This document shows, piece by piece, positions 46,590 to 55,331 of a stretch of 64,000 nucleotides of DNA. The translations under genes and the position numbers were made by a program. This DNA comes from an uncultured bacterium. GTDB lineage: Bacteria; Actinomycetota; Acidimicrobiia; Spongiisociales; ZC4RG35. Below the pieces are notes generated by a model. The model searched no databases. It saw only the letters and a program-made list of their open reading frames with translations, and was not told the DNA's origin. The DNA lies in assembly GCA_963825585.1 (NCBI GenBank), contig CAWGTX010000001.1, positions 669,613-733,612 on the forward strand, read 5' to 3'. Position 1 is the first letter of the stretch. Every line of letters starts with the position of its first letter.

Positions 46590-47870
46590 ATGACGCCCGA
46601 GATCTCCCAGCGGATGGAACTCGTCCGCCTCGCCACCACCGGCTCGGTGGACGACGGCAAGTCGACTCTCATCGGTCGACTGCTGTACGACACCAAACAG
46701 ATCTTCGAAGACCAGATGGAGGCGATCGAAGAGGCCTCCAGGCGACGGGGCACCGACTACGTCGACCTGGCGCTGCTCACCGACGGACTCCGGGCCGAAC
46801 GCGAACAGGGCATCACCATCGATGTCGCCTACCGGTACTTCGCCACGCCCAAACGGAAGTTCGTGCTGGCCGACACCCCCGGACACGTCCAGTACACCCG
46901 CAACATGGTGACGGGTGCATCGACGGCCGATATCGCCCTCATCCTCATCGACGCTCGCAAGGGCATCCTCGAGCAGACGCGTCGCCATTCGTTCATCGCC
47001 TCGCTCCTCCAGGTGCCCCACCTGGTGCTGTGCGTGAACAAGATGGACCTGGTCGATTACAGCGAGGAGCGGTACGACGAGTTGGTGGAGGAGTTCCGCC
47101 AGTTCGCCACCCGCCTCGACATCACCGACCTGCGTTTCGTGCCGGTGTCGGCGCTGGTGGGTGACAACATCGTCGACGAGAGCCTCAACACCCCGTGGTA
47201 CAAGGGCCCATCGGTCCTCCACCTTCTCGAGGACATCCACGTGGGTAGCGACCGAAACATGATCGACTGCCGGTTCCCGGTGCAATATGTGATCCGTCCC
47301 CACACGATGGAGCATCAGGACTACCGGGGCTATGCCGGGCAGATCCAGGGTGGGGTCTTCAAGAAGGGCGACGAGGTCATCGTGCTGCCCGCCGGATTCA
47401 CCACCAGGATCGCATCGATCGACACGTTCGACGGTCCTGTCGAAGAGGCGGCGCCGCCGGCCTCGGTGGTGATCCGGCTCGAGGACGAGATCGACATCAG
47501 CCGCGGCGACATGATCTGTCGCCCCCACAACCAGCCGCACGTCGGCCAGGATCTCGACGCCATGGTCTGCTGGCTGTCGGACACGGCAACGCTGCGTCCT
47601 GGCGCCAAGTACGCCATCAAGCACACGAGCCGTTGGGCCCGTGCGATGGTCAAGGACGTCCAGTACCGGCTGAACATCAACACGCTGCATCGCGACGAGG
47701 AGGCCGATTCGATCGGGCTCAACGAGATCGGCCGGATCCGTCTCCGGACCACCGTGCCGATGTTCTTCGACGAGTACCGCCGCAACCGTGACACCGGATC
47801 GTTCATCCTCGTCGACGAGGCCACCAACAACACGGTGGGAGCGGGCATGATCACCGGGCCAGCGGTCTGA
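46590..47870 (+). CDS. cysN: Sulfate adenylyltransferase subunit 1 (GTPase), not fused to APS kinase
   Basis: G1 GSVDDGKSTL, G3 DTPGH, G4 NKMD. Starts 1 nt after the cysD stop. Confidence 0.9.
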   Translation: MTPEISQRMELVRLATTGSVDDGKSTLIGRLLYDTKQIFEDQMEAIEEASRRRGTDYVDLALLTDGLRAEREQGITIDVAYRYFATPKRKFVLADTPGHVQYTRNMVTGASTADIALILIDARKGILEQTRRHSFIASLLQVPHLVLCVNKMDLVDYSEERYDELVEEFRQFATRLDITDLRFVPVSALVGDNIVDESLNTPWYKGPSVLHLLEDIHVGSDRNMIDCRFPVQYVIRPHTMEHQDYRGYAGQIQGGVFKKGDEVIVLPAGFTTRIASIDTFDGPVEEAAPPASVVIRLEDEIDISRGDMICRPHNQPHVGQDLDAMVCWLSDTATLRPGAKYAIKHTSRWARAMVKDVQYRLNINTLHRDEEADSIGLNEIGRIRLRTTVPMFFDEYRRNRDTGSFILVDEATNNTVGAGMITGPAV

Positions 47871-47878
47871 GAATGCAG

Positions 47879-47966
47879 GCTGCTAGCTGCTGGCTTCTGG
47901 CTGCTGGCTGGAAGCCAGGGGCGGCGAGCAGGAGCGTCTCTGGCTGGTAGCTGGTAGCCAGTAGCT
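47879..47966. repeat. Intergenic repeat element of the GCTGGCT family (arms GCTGCTAGCTGCTGGCTTCTGGCTGCTGGCTGG ... CTGGCTGGTAGCTGGTAGCCAGTAGC) between cysN and cysC
   Basis: Same motifs as the elements at 25075, 31561 and 42889. Confidence 0.5.
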
Positions 47967-47989
47967 CGCCGCTGAGTATTGGAGTCTTC

Positions 47990-48580
47990 ATGTCTGTGAC
48001 CGAGAACGTGGTTTGGCATCCGGGGGCGGTGTCGCGCGAGGAGCGGGCTGCCGTCACGGGTGGTCTGGGCGCCACGGTGTGGCTGACCGGGCTGTCGGGC
48101 TCGGGTAAGTCGACGATCGCCCACCGTACCGAGCAGGCGTTGGTGGCGATGGGGCGGGCCGCCTACGTGTTGGACGGCGACAACCTCCGTCACGGGCTCA
48201 ACGGCGATCTCGGGTTCACGTCGGGTGACCGAACAGAAAACGTACGACGGGTGGGCGAGGTGGCCCGGTTGATGGCCGACTCGGGTCTCGTGGTGCTGGT
48301 ACCGGTGATCAGCCCGTACCGGGCAGACCGGGACCGGGTTCGACGAATCCACCAGGTCGCCGACGTGCCGTTCCACGAGGCATTCGTCGACACGCCGATC
48401 GAGGTGTGCGAGCAGCGTGACCCCAAAGGCCTCTACAAGAAGGCCCGGGCAGGCGAGATCAAGGGTTTCACCGGGATCGACGATCCGTACGAGGCGCCGT
48501 TGCAGCCCGAGTTGGTGCTTCGCACTGCCGAGCTGAGCGTCGACGAAGCCGTCCGGGCGATCATCGACCATCTGGCATGA
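47990..48580 (+). CDS. cysC: Adenylylsulfate (APS) kinase
   Basis: Walker A LTGLSGSGKSTIA and the APS-kinase fold. Confidence 0.9.
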   Translation: MSVTENVVWHPGAVSREERAAVTGGLGATVWLTGLSGSGKSTIAHRTEQALVAMGRAAYVLDGDNLRHGLNGDLGFTSGDRTENVRRVGEVARLMADSGLVVLVPVISPYRADRDRVRRIHQVADVPFHEAFVDTPIEVCEQRDPKGLYKKARAGEIKGFTGIDDPYEAPLQPELVLRTAELSVDEAVRAIIDHLA

Positions 48581-48716
48581 CCTCCCGAATCGACAGGACT
48601 CCTTGACTCCCGCCGCGGTCGTGGGACAGTGTTCGGGCGGGTAGAGGCGGGGGCGTTTCACCATGACCGGTCGGTCGTACACTCACCCGTTCGAGTCGTG
48701 AGGATGGAAGGTCGAG

Positions 48717-50399
48717 ATGGGGAACACGCTTCAGTCGAGCATCTACGAACTGGCCCAGGCCGACCCGGATGCCAGGGCACTCGGGTTCTACGCGGCTGAC
48801 CGGACCTGTGATTGGATCAGTCGCGGTGAGCTGCTCTCCGGCGCCGAGGCTGCCGCCGCCCGGCTTTCGGAGATGGGTCTGGTCGAGGGCGCCGTCTGCG
48901 TCCAGGTGCCCTACAACGATCGGTTCGCCGCCGAAGTACTACTGGGCACGCTCGCACTGGGAGCGCTGCCCCTACTGGTGGCACCTCCGGCCATCCAGGG
49001 CCTGAACTCGAGCCTGCCCGACATCCTTCACGGCATCATCGAACGTACATCGGCACCCGTCGTGGTGGCGGCCGACACCGTCTCCGGGATGCGCGAAGAC
49101 CTCATGGCCCGGCACCCCGGCACCACGTTCGCGTTCGGAGCCGGCGAGTTCGATTCGGCCGGCGGCAGCGTCGACTGGGTGATGCGGGGTAGCGACGATC
49201 TGGCCGGCCTCCAGCTCACATCCGGCACCACCGGCTTCCCCCGGATCTGTATGTGGCGTCAGGAGAACGTGATGGCGGCCCTCGACGGGATGGCCACCGC
49301 CATGGACGTGAGCAGCGAGGACACCTACCTGAACTGGACCCCGCTCTATCACGACATGGGACTCATGAACAACTTCATGCTGTGCCTCACACGGGGTATC
49401 CCGCTGGTCATGATGAGCCCGTTCGACTTCGTCAAGCGTCCCGTCTCGTGGATGCGCGGTGTGTTCGACACCGGCGCCACCATCACCTGGTCGCCCAACT
49501 TCGGGTTCGCCCTGGCCGCCCAGCGGGTCCGGAGCGCCGAGATGGACGGCATCAGCCTCGACCACGTCCGTGGTTTCTGGAACGCCGCCGAGCGCATCCA
49601 CTACGAGACCATCGTCGCCTTCAAGGAGCGGTTCGCCCCGTTCGGACTTCGGCCCGACGCCGTGAAGACCAACTTCGGCTGCGCCGAGAATGTCGGTGGC
49701 GCCACTTTCACGCCACCGAACGAGGAGGTGCCGGTCGAGCACATCGACGCCAACACACTCCACGAGGATCAGGTGGCGAACGTGGTCGCCAAAGGCGAGT
49801 TCTCGGTGCCGACGGTCGGCTGTGGGAAGGCCCACCCCGGCATCACGATCCACATCCTCGACGACATCGGCAAAGACCTGCCCGACGGTCACGTGGGGTA
49901 CCTCGCCCTCGACACGGCCTCCCGGATGGAGGGCTACCTGCACGACCCCGAGGCCACCGCCGCCGCTTTCCACGGTGATCTGCTCAAGACCGGCGACCTC
50001 GGCTACCTCCGCGACGGAGAGTTCTTCTGGACGGGCCGGGCCAAGGAACGGATCGCCGTCCGAGGCCGCAAGATCGATCCCTCCGACTTCGAGGCGGCGC
50101 TCCTCAAGATCCCCGACCTCCGGACCGGCTCGTTCGCAGCGTTCGGGACCGACGACGCCAAGCTCGGTACACAGCGGGTCGTGATCATCAGCGAGGTGCG
50201 CGACGAACGCGAACAGACCGCAGACGAGATCAGGGCCGCCGTGAAGCAGGCCGTGTTCGAGCGTCTCGGTGTGGGTGTCGACGACGTCGTCCTCGTCGCG
50301 CAGGGAACACTGACCAAGACGTCTTCGGGCAAACGTCGTCACCGGCACTTCGCCGAGATGTACGAGCGTGGCGGACTGGCGGAGTACGAGATCGCCTGA
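48717..50399 (+). CDS. Fatty-acyl-AMP ligase (FAAL)-like adenylating enzyme
   Basis: LQLTSGTTGFPRICM, TGDLGY and GRAKERIAVRGRKID motifs, with the FAAL-type insertion region; 560 aa. Confidence 0.75.
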   Translation: MGNTLQSSIYELAQADPDARALGFYAADRTCDWISRGELLSGAEAAAARLSEMGLVEGAVCVQVPYNDRFAAEVLLGTLALGALPLLVAPPAIQGLNSSLPDILHGIIERTSAPVVVAADTVSGMREDLMARHPGTTFAFGAGEFDSAGGSVDWVMRGSDDLAGLQLTSGTTGFPRICMWRQENVMAALDGMATAMDVSSEDTYLNWTPLYHDMGLMNNFMLCLTRGIPLVMMSPFDFVKRPVSWMRGVFDTGATITWSPNFGFALAAQRVRSAEMDGISLDHVRGFWNAAERIHYETIVAFKERFAPFGLRPDAVKTNFGCAENVGGATFTPPNEEVPVEHIDANTLHEDQVANVVAKGEFSVPTVGCGKAHPGITIHILDDIGKDLPDGHVGYLALDTASRMEGYLHDPEATAAAFHGDLLKTGDLGYLRDGEFFWTGRAKERIAVRGRKIDPSDFEAALLKIPDLRTGSFAAFGTDDAKLGTQRVVIISEVRDEREQTADEIRAAVKQAVFERLGVGVDDVVLVAQGTLTKTSSGKRRHRHFAEMYERGGLAEYEIA

Positions 50400-50986
50400 T
50401 GGCTGCCTTCGACCCGGCTGATGGGCTGTTCGTGGCCCAGTTCGATCGGCCCTCCGATCTGGAGCCGGTGAATCTACGGGCACTTTCACCCATGCAGCGG
50501 GCGCTCATGGTCATCGACGGGACCGTCACCAAATTCCTCGAGGCGTACTGCATGGAGCCGATCGAGGTCACAACGCTCGGCCAGGCCGAGCAGACGCTCG
50601 AAGTCGGCCAGGAGTGGCTCGATGTGAAGGCGGGGCGCGAGGTGCTCGCTCGTCACGTGACGCTCACCGGCGGATACAGCGGTGACCTGTACGCCTATGC
50701 CATCTCGCTCACCAACCCCGCCGCCATCCCCCGCGACATTCGTGCCGCCATGGAGATCCAGGGGGGCAGCGTCGGACGCATCCTCCTGTCGTCGCGCGTG
50801 GAGCAGCGTCGAGAAGTGCTGTGGTACGGCAAGGAATCGGCCGACGGCCTTCCCGACGCGCTCCGTGACCAGTACGACGGCGACCTGCTGAGCCGGGCCT
50901 ACCGCATCATGATGGGTGGGCGGCCGGTGATCATGATCATCGAGAAGTTCCCGTTCCGGGCCGACACCGCCCCGAACCACGACTGA
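50399..50986 (+). CDS. Chorismate-lyase-like (UbiC/UTRA fold) protein
   Basis: 195-aa ORF. DGTVTKFLEAY resembles the UbiC DSMTKRFEQ motif, and RREVLWYG resembles its WLREILL region. TGATG overlap with the FAAL gene. Confidence 0.4.
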   Translation: MAAFDPADGLFVAQFDRPSDLEPVNLRALSPMQRALMVIDGTVTKFLEAYCMEPIEVTTLGQAEQTLEVGQEWLDVKAGREVLARHVTLTGGYSGDLYAYAISLTNPAAIPRDIRAAMEIQGGSVGRILLSSRVEQRREVLWYGKESADGLPDALRDQYDGDLLSRAYRIMMGGRPVIMIIEKFPFRADTAPNHD

Positions 50987-51000
50987 GAAGGAAGGCACAC

Positions 51001-52290
51001 GTGGACGCTCGCCAGATCGGCTCGCTCATGGAGACGTTGGGCCGGGACGCCCTCGGTCAACTGCAACTCCGCAAGTTCCAGCTGGTGCTCGATCAGATGC
51101 TCGGCACCAACGCCTTCTACGCCGCCAAGTTCGGCGCAGTCGGAGTCCACAACTCGCGCGACATCACCGGTTGGGAGGACTTCCGGCGGCTCCCCTTCAC
51201 CACGAAGAAGGAGCTGTCGGCTGACCAGGCGGACAACCCGCCGTACGGCTCGAACCTGAGCTTCCCCCGCGACGCCTACGTGAAGATCCACCAGACGTCC
51301 GGGACCACCGGTGAGCCGTTGCGATGCCTCGACACGGCCGAGTCGTGGGACTGGTGGGCCGAGTGCTGGGCGTCGGTGTTCCGCGCTGCCGGCGTGACGG
51401 CTTCGGATCGCGTGTTCTACGGGTTCTCGTTCGGGCCGTTCATCGGTTTCTGGAGCTCCTACGAGGGTGCACGGAAGGTGGGTGCGCTCGCCTTTCCCGG
51501 TGGGGGCATGTCGTCGTTTCAGCGGCTCAAGGCGATCCTGACCAACGAGATCACCGTGCTGGTGTGCACCCCCACCTACGCCCTGCACCTGGCCGAGGTG
51601 GCCGAACAGGAAGGCATCGACCTGTCGAAGTCATCGGTCACCACCACCATTCATGCCGGCGAGCCGGGGGCGGGCCTTCCCGCCACCCGTGCCCGCATCC
51701 AGAAGGCGTGGGGGGCGCGGACCTTCGATCACGCCGGTGCCACCGAGGTGGGGGCGTGGGGCTTCGAATGCATCGAACAGTCAGGCCTGCACGTCAACGA
51801 GGGTGAATTCATCGTCGAGATCATCGATCCGGCGACCGGAGACCCCGCCGAGGAAGGTGAGGTCGTGATCACGAACCTCGGCCGTCCCGGCTACCCCGTA
51901 TTCCGGTACCGCACCGGAGACCGCGCCAAGATCGACACCAGCCCATGCTCATGCGGTCGCACATACGCCCGCCTCGAAGGCGGCGTGATCGGTCGGGTCG
52001 ACGACGTGCTCATCGTCCGTGGCATCAACGTGTTCCCGTCGGCCATCGAGAACATCCTCCGTTCGATCCCGGAGATCGGCGAGTTCGCCGTCGACGTGTA
52101 CCGAACCCATGAGCTCGACGACATGGTGATCCGGGTCGAGGTCACCTCCGGCGACACCACCGAAGTGGTAGCCGCCGCCGACAACGCCATCCGCAACGCC
52201 CTCAGCCTGCGGGCCAGAGTCGAATCGGTCGAGTTCGGGACGTTGCCCCGCTTCGATCTCAAGGCCCGGCGGTTCACCGACCATCGGTGA
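51001..52290 (+). CDS. PaaK/CapK-family adenylate-forming enzyme (phenylacetate-CoA ligase / F390 synthetase-like)
   Basis: QTSGTTGEPL and YRTGD motifs with the PaaK-family C-terminal domain. Confidence 0.75.
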   Translation: MDARQIGSLMETLGRDALGQLQLRKFQLVLDQMLGTNAFYAAKFGAVGVHNSRDITGWEDFRRLPFTTKKELSADQADNPPYGSNLSFPRDAYVKIHQTSGTTGEPLRCLDTAESWDWWAECWASVFRAAGVTASDRVFYGFSFGPFIGFWSSYEGARKVGALAFPGGGMSSFQRLKAILTNEITVLVCTPTYALHLAEVAEQEGIDLSKSSVTTTIHAGEPGAGLPATRARIQKAWGARTFDHAGATEVGAWGFECIEQSGLHVNEGEFIVEIIDPATGDPAEEGEVVITNLGRPGYPVFRYRTGDRAKIDTSPCSCGRTYARLEGGVIGRVDDVLIVRGINVFPSAIENILRSIPEIGEFAVDVYRTHELDDMVIRVEVTSGDTTEVVAAADNAIRNALSLRARVESVEFGTLPRFDLKARRFTDHR

Positions 52291-52412
52291 CAGGTCCGTC
52301 GGAAGAGGGGACCCACACGCCCGCACCGGTTTGGTGGAACTGCATGGGCGGCTGGTGTGGATCGCCCCCGTCCCTCGGGGATCCCGTGGTCACGGGCGGG
52401 CGGCCAAGCAGC

Positions 52413-53378
52413 TCACGATCGCTGATACACCCTTACATAGTCGACGTACATGTGCTGGGGGAACTCGGTGTCGAGAGGGATCGGCCCTCCCAGGGTGCCG
52501 CCGAGGGCCAGGTTGAGAATGATGAAGAACGGTTGATCGAAGACCCATTCGCGGCCGCCCAACGACTCCGGGCCGAGGTCGTAGTACTCCTCGCCGTCGT
52601 AGAACCAGCGAATGCCTTCCTCGTCCCAGTCGATGGCGAAGGTGTGGAAGTCGTCACCGACGATGTAGTCCCGGCGGTTCCACCGGGTGAGCCCTCCGGC
52701 TCCGGCGTAGCCAGGTCCGTGCAGCGTGCCGAGCACCAGGTCCGGCTCCCGCCCCATGTACTCCATGATGTCGATCTCGCCGATGTCAGGCCAGTTGCTC
52801 TGAATCGGGTCGGCGGGGTCGCGCTCGAAGTCTGCCCCGAGCATCCAGAACGCCGGCCACGTGCCCACGCCGGTCGGCGGCTTGATGCGTGCCTCGATCC
52901 GCCCGTACTGGAACTCCCGCAGGTCCTGGGTGATGAGGCGGGCGGAGGTGTAATACGACTCCTCGAACCGTTCGAAACGCCCTTCGATCACCAGCAGACC
53001 GTTCTGGACCCGGGCGTTCTCCGGGCGGTCGGTGTAGTACTGAGCCTCGCCGTTGCCCCATCCCCAGCCGCCGATGTCGTAAGTCCAATTGGACGGATCG
53101 ATGGCGTCGCCATCGAACTCGTCGCTCCACACCAGCTCCATGCCCTCCGGTGGCTCGATCGGAATGGGCTCCGGTGCCGGGATCGTGGTGGTCGTCGTCT
53201 CCGGCACCGTCGTGGATGTCGTGGTCGGCTCGGGTGCCATCGTGGTGGTTGTCTCGACCTGGGGCGTCCCCATGGTCGTGGTGCCGGTACCTGCGGTCGA
53301 CTGGCAGGCGCCCATCGCCAGTAGAACGAACGCCATGACCAGGTACGCCGGTCGTCGAACCGTCGTCACTCGACCCAC
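52413..53378 (-). CDS. GH16 family beta-1,3(4)-glucanase lipoprotein with Thr/Pro-rich linker
   Basis: Lipobox LLAMGAC. GH16 catalytic motif EIDIME and the jelly-roll fold. Last gene of the ABC import operon. Confidence 0.8.
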   Translation of the reverse strand: MGRVTTVRRPAYLVMAFVLLAMGACQSTAGTGTTTMGTPQVETTTTMAPEPTTTSTTVPETTTTTIPAPEPIPIEPPEGMELVWSDEFDGDAIDPSNWTYDIGGWGWGNGEAQYYTDRPENARVQNGLLVIEGRFERFEESYYTSARLITQDLREFQYGRIEARIKPPTGVGTWPAFWMLGADFERDPADPIQSNWPDIGEIDIMEYMGREPDLVLGTLHGPGYAGAGGLTRWNRRDYIVGDDFHTFAIDWDEEGIRWFYDGEEYYDLGPESLGGREWVFDQPFFIILNLALGGTLGGPIPLDTEFPQHMYVDYVRVYQRS

Positions 53379-53397
53379 CTCTCGTGATTGCGGGGAC

Positions 53398-54297
53398 TCA
53401 GCCCTTGACGGCTCCTGCGGTGAGGCCGCCGATGATGTAGCGCTGCAGGAACATGAACAGAATGAGCATCGGGAGCATCAACATGAGCACCGCCGAGGCG
53501 ATACCCGGCCAGTTGCTCCCGTACACGCCCTCGAACACGATCAATCCCCTCGTGATCGGGAAGTAGTCCTGGTTCGTGAGGTAGATCGTTGGGAGAATCA
53601 GCTCGTTCCAGATACCGATCGCATGGAGCACGGTGACCGTCGCCACCGCCGGCCTGATCAACGGGAAGATCACCGTGAGCACATACCGGATGTAGCCCGA
53701 GCCATCGACAGCCGCCGATTCGTCGAGCTCGCGGGGAATCGACTTCATGTAGTTGACCAGGATGATCATGCCGATCGGGTTGATGAGGAACAACAGGATG
53801 TAGCCGGGACGAGTGTTGTACAGGCCCAGATTCAGGATCAACTGGAACTGTGGAATCAGTGCCGGGGGAAGGAACAGGGCCACGACGTACATGGTCAGGA
53901 TCGCACCGCTGCCCTTGAAGTACCCCCGGGCGATCGGAAACGCCACGAAGAGCGACGTCGCAATGAAGACGGCGGTGGCGATGGCGGTGTACAGGGCCGA
54001 GTTGAGCATGTACTGCGGGAAGTTGGCGAGCTCCCAGGCCTCGCCGAAGTTTGCCAGGCTCGGATCGGTCACGATGGCGGCCGGGTCCTTCAGGTACTGC
54101 GGCAGGGTCTTCAGCGCCGTGTTGACCAGCATGAAGAGCGGCCACAGGTAGAACACGGCAACCAGACCGAGCATGACATACGAGAAGATCTTCAGGAGCC
54201 GTGATCGCGCCGTGACGCTGGCCGGTTCCTTCTCGGTGAGATCCATCACCTGGTCGAGGGTCTTGGTGACCCCGTGTTGTTCGAGGGCGTCACTCAT
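53398..54297 (-). CDS. Carbohydrate ABC transporter permease (MalG-like)
   Basis: EAA loop AAVDGSGYIRYVLTVIFP with six TM segments. ATGA overlap with the upstream permease. Confidence 0.85.
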   Translation of the reverse strand: MSDALEQHGVTKTLDQVMDLTEKEPASVTARSRLLKIFSYVMLGLVAVFYLWPLFMLVNTALKTLPQYLKDPAAIVTDPSLANFGEAWELANFPQYMLNSALYTAIATAVFIATSLFVAFPIARGYFKGSGAILTMYVVALFLPPALIPQFQLILNLGLYNTRPGYILLFLINPIGMIILVNYMKSIPRELDESAAVDGSGYIRYVLTVIFPLIRPAVATVTVLHAIGIWNELILPTIYLTNQDYFPITRGLIVFEGVYGSNWPGIASAVLMLMLPMLILFMFLQRYIIGGLTAGAVKG

Positions 54298-55232
54298 CCC
54301 ATGTACCTCGCTTCTCTCCAGCTGACGTACTTGTTGGCCAAGAATCCGATGATCAGGACCAGGAAGAACAGCACGATTGACGCTGCGGCGGCGAAGCCCT
54401 GGCGGAACGCCGGGGAGTCACCTTGTCCGAAACCCTCCGCAAAGACCAGGTAGCCGAGCACCTGGGTTCCGGGCTTGTAGCCGATCAGCACCAGGAACAG
54501 CTGCCAGGCCTGCAGCGACCCGATGATGTTCAAGAGGAAGTTCGTGTTGATCGCCGGCGTGAGCTGTGGCCAAGTGATGCTGCGGAACAGCGACCATCCG
54601 CTCGCGCCGTCGATTCGAGCCGCCTCGTAGAGGTCGGTGTTGATGGTCTGCATGCCGGCCAGGAAGATGACCATGGTGACGCCGACATTGGCCCAGATCT
54701 GGACCACGATCACCCAGCCAAAGGCTTCACCGGGCTGCCCGCCCAGGAACTCAGAGGAAAGCCCGAACCAATCGAACATCATTGCCATGGGCCCTCCCCG
54801 CGGCTGGAGAAAGAGCTTCCACATGAGGCCCTGGATCACCACGCCGAGGATCACCGGCAGGAAGAAGAGGGTACGGAAGAACGTCCGACCCTTCAGCTTC
54901 TGGTTCACCAGGAGCGCCAGGATCAGACCAATGGTGAACTGAACGAAGGTGACGATCACGGAGAACTGGAGTGTTCTCAACGTGGCGTCGAGGTTGTCTC
55001 TGGAGGCAAGGCCCCGGAACAGGAACTCGTCGTAGTTGTCGAGTCCGATCCAGTTGACCGGCGCCCCCCTGAGTCCGCTTGCGTCGGTGAAGGAGTACCC
55101 CACCGTCGCCAGCGAGGGGCCGAGGGCGATCAGTACGTACAGGAGAACGCCGGGGATCAGGAGCATGAGGGGCGTGAAGCGCCGCCCCCTGCCGGCACTG
55201 CCGAACAGATAGTTCTTGTTCATGATCGCCAT
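54294..55232 (-). CDS. Carbohydrate ABC transporter permease (MalF-like)
   Basis: EAA loop [19 protein letters not shown] with TM segments. Confidence 0.85.
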   Translation of the reverse strand: MAIMNKNYLFGSAGRGRRFTPLMLLIPGVLLYVLIALGPSLATVGYSFTDASGLRGAPVNWIGLDNYDEFLFRGLASRDNLDATLRTLQFSVIVTFVQFTIGLILALLVNQKLKGRTFFRTLFFLPVILGVVIQGLMWKLFLQPRGGPMAMMFDWFGLSSEFLGGQPGEAFGWVIVVQIWANVGVTMVIFLAGMQTINTDLYEAARIDGASGWSLFRSITWPQLTPAINTNFLLNIIGSLQAWQLFLVLIGYKPGTQVLGYLVFAEGFGQGDSPAFRQGFAAAASIVLFFLVLIIGFLANKYVSWREARYMG

Positions 55233-55331
55233 CGAATCATGCCTCCCCGGTCTGTTGCCTCTTCCGGAGGGTCCTCGCCGCTGTGGCGAGGACCCTCCGT
55301 CGGAGGTGTGCTATTCGGTGTCTACTCGGTG

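Noticed and set aside
45639-47690. 683-aa minus-strand ORF
   Set aside because: Antisense to cysD and cysN, whose motifs are unambiguous. GC-driven artefact.
52291-52412. Convergent intergenic hairpins (e.g. CCCGTGGTCACGGG) between PaaK-like and GH16 genes
   Set aside because: The stems are short and imperfect and there is no U-tract. They may act as a bidirectional terminator but are not distinctive enough to call.
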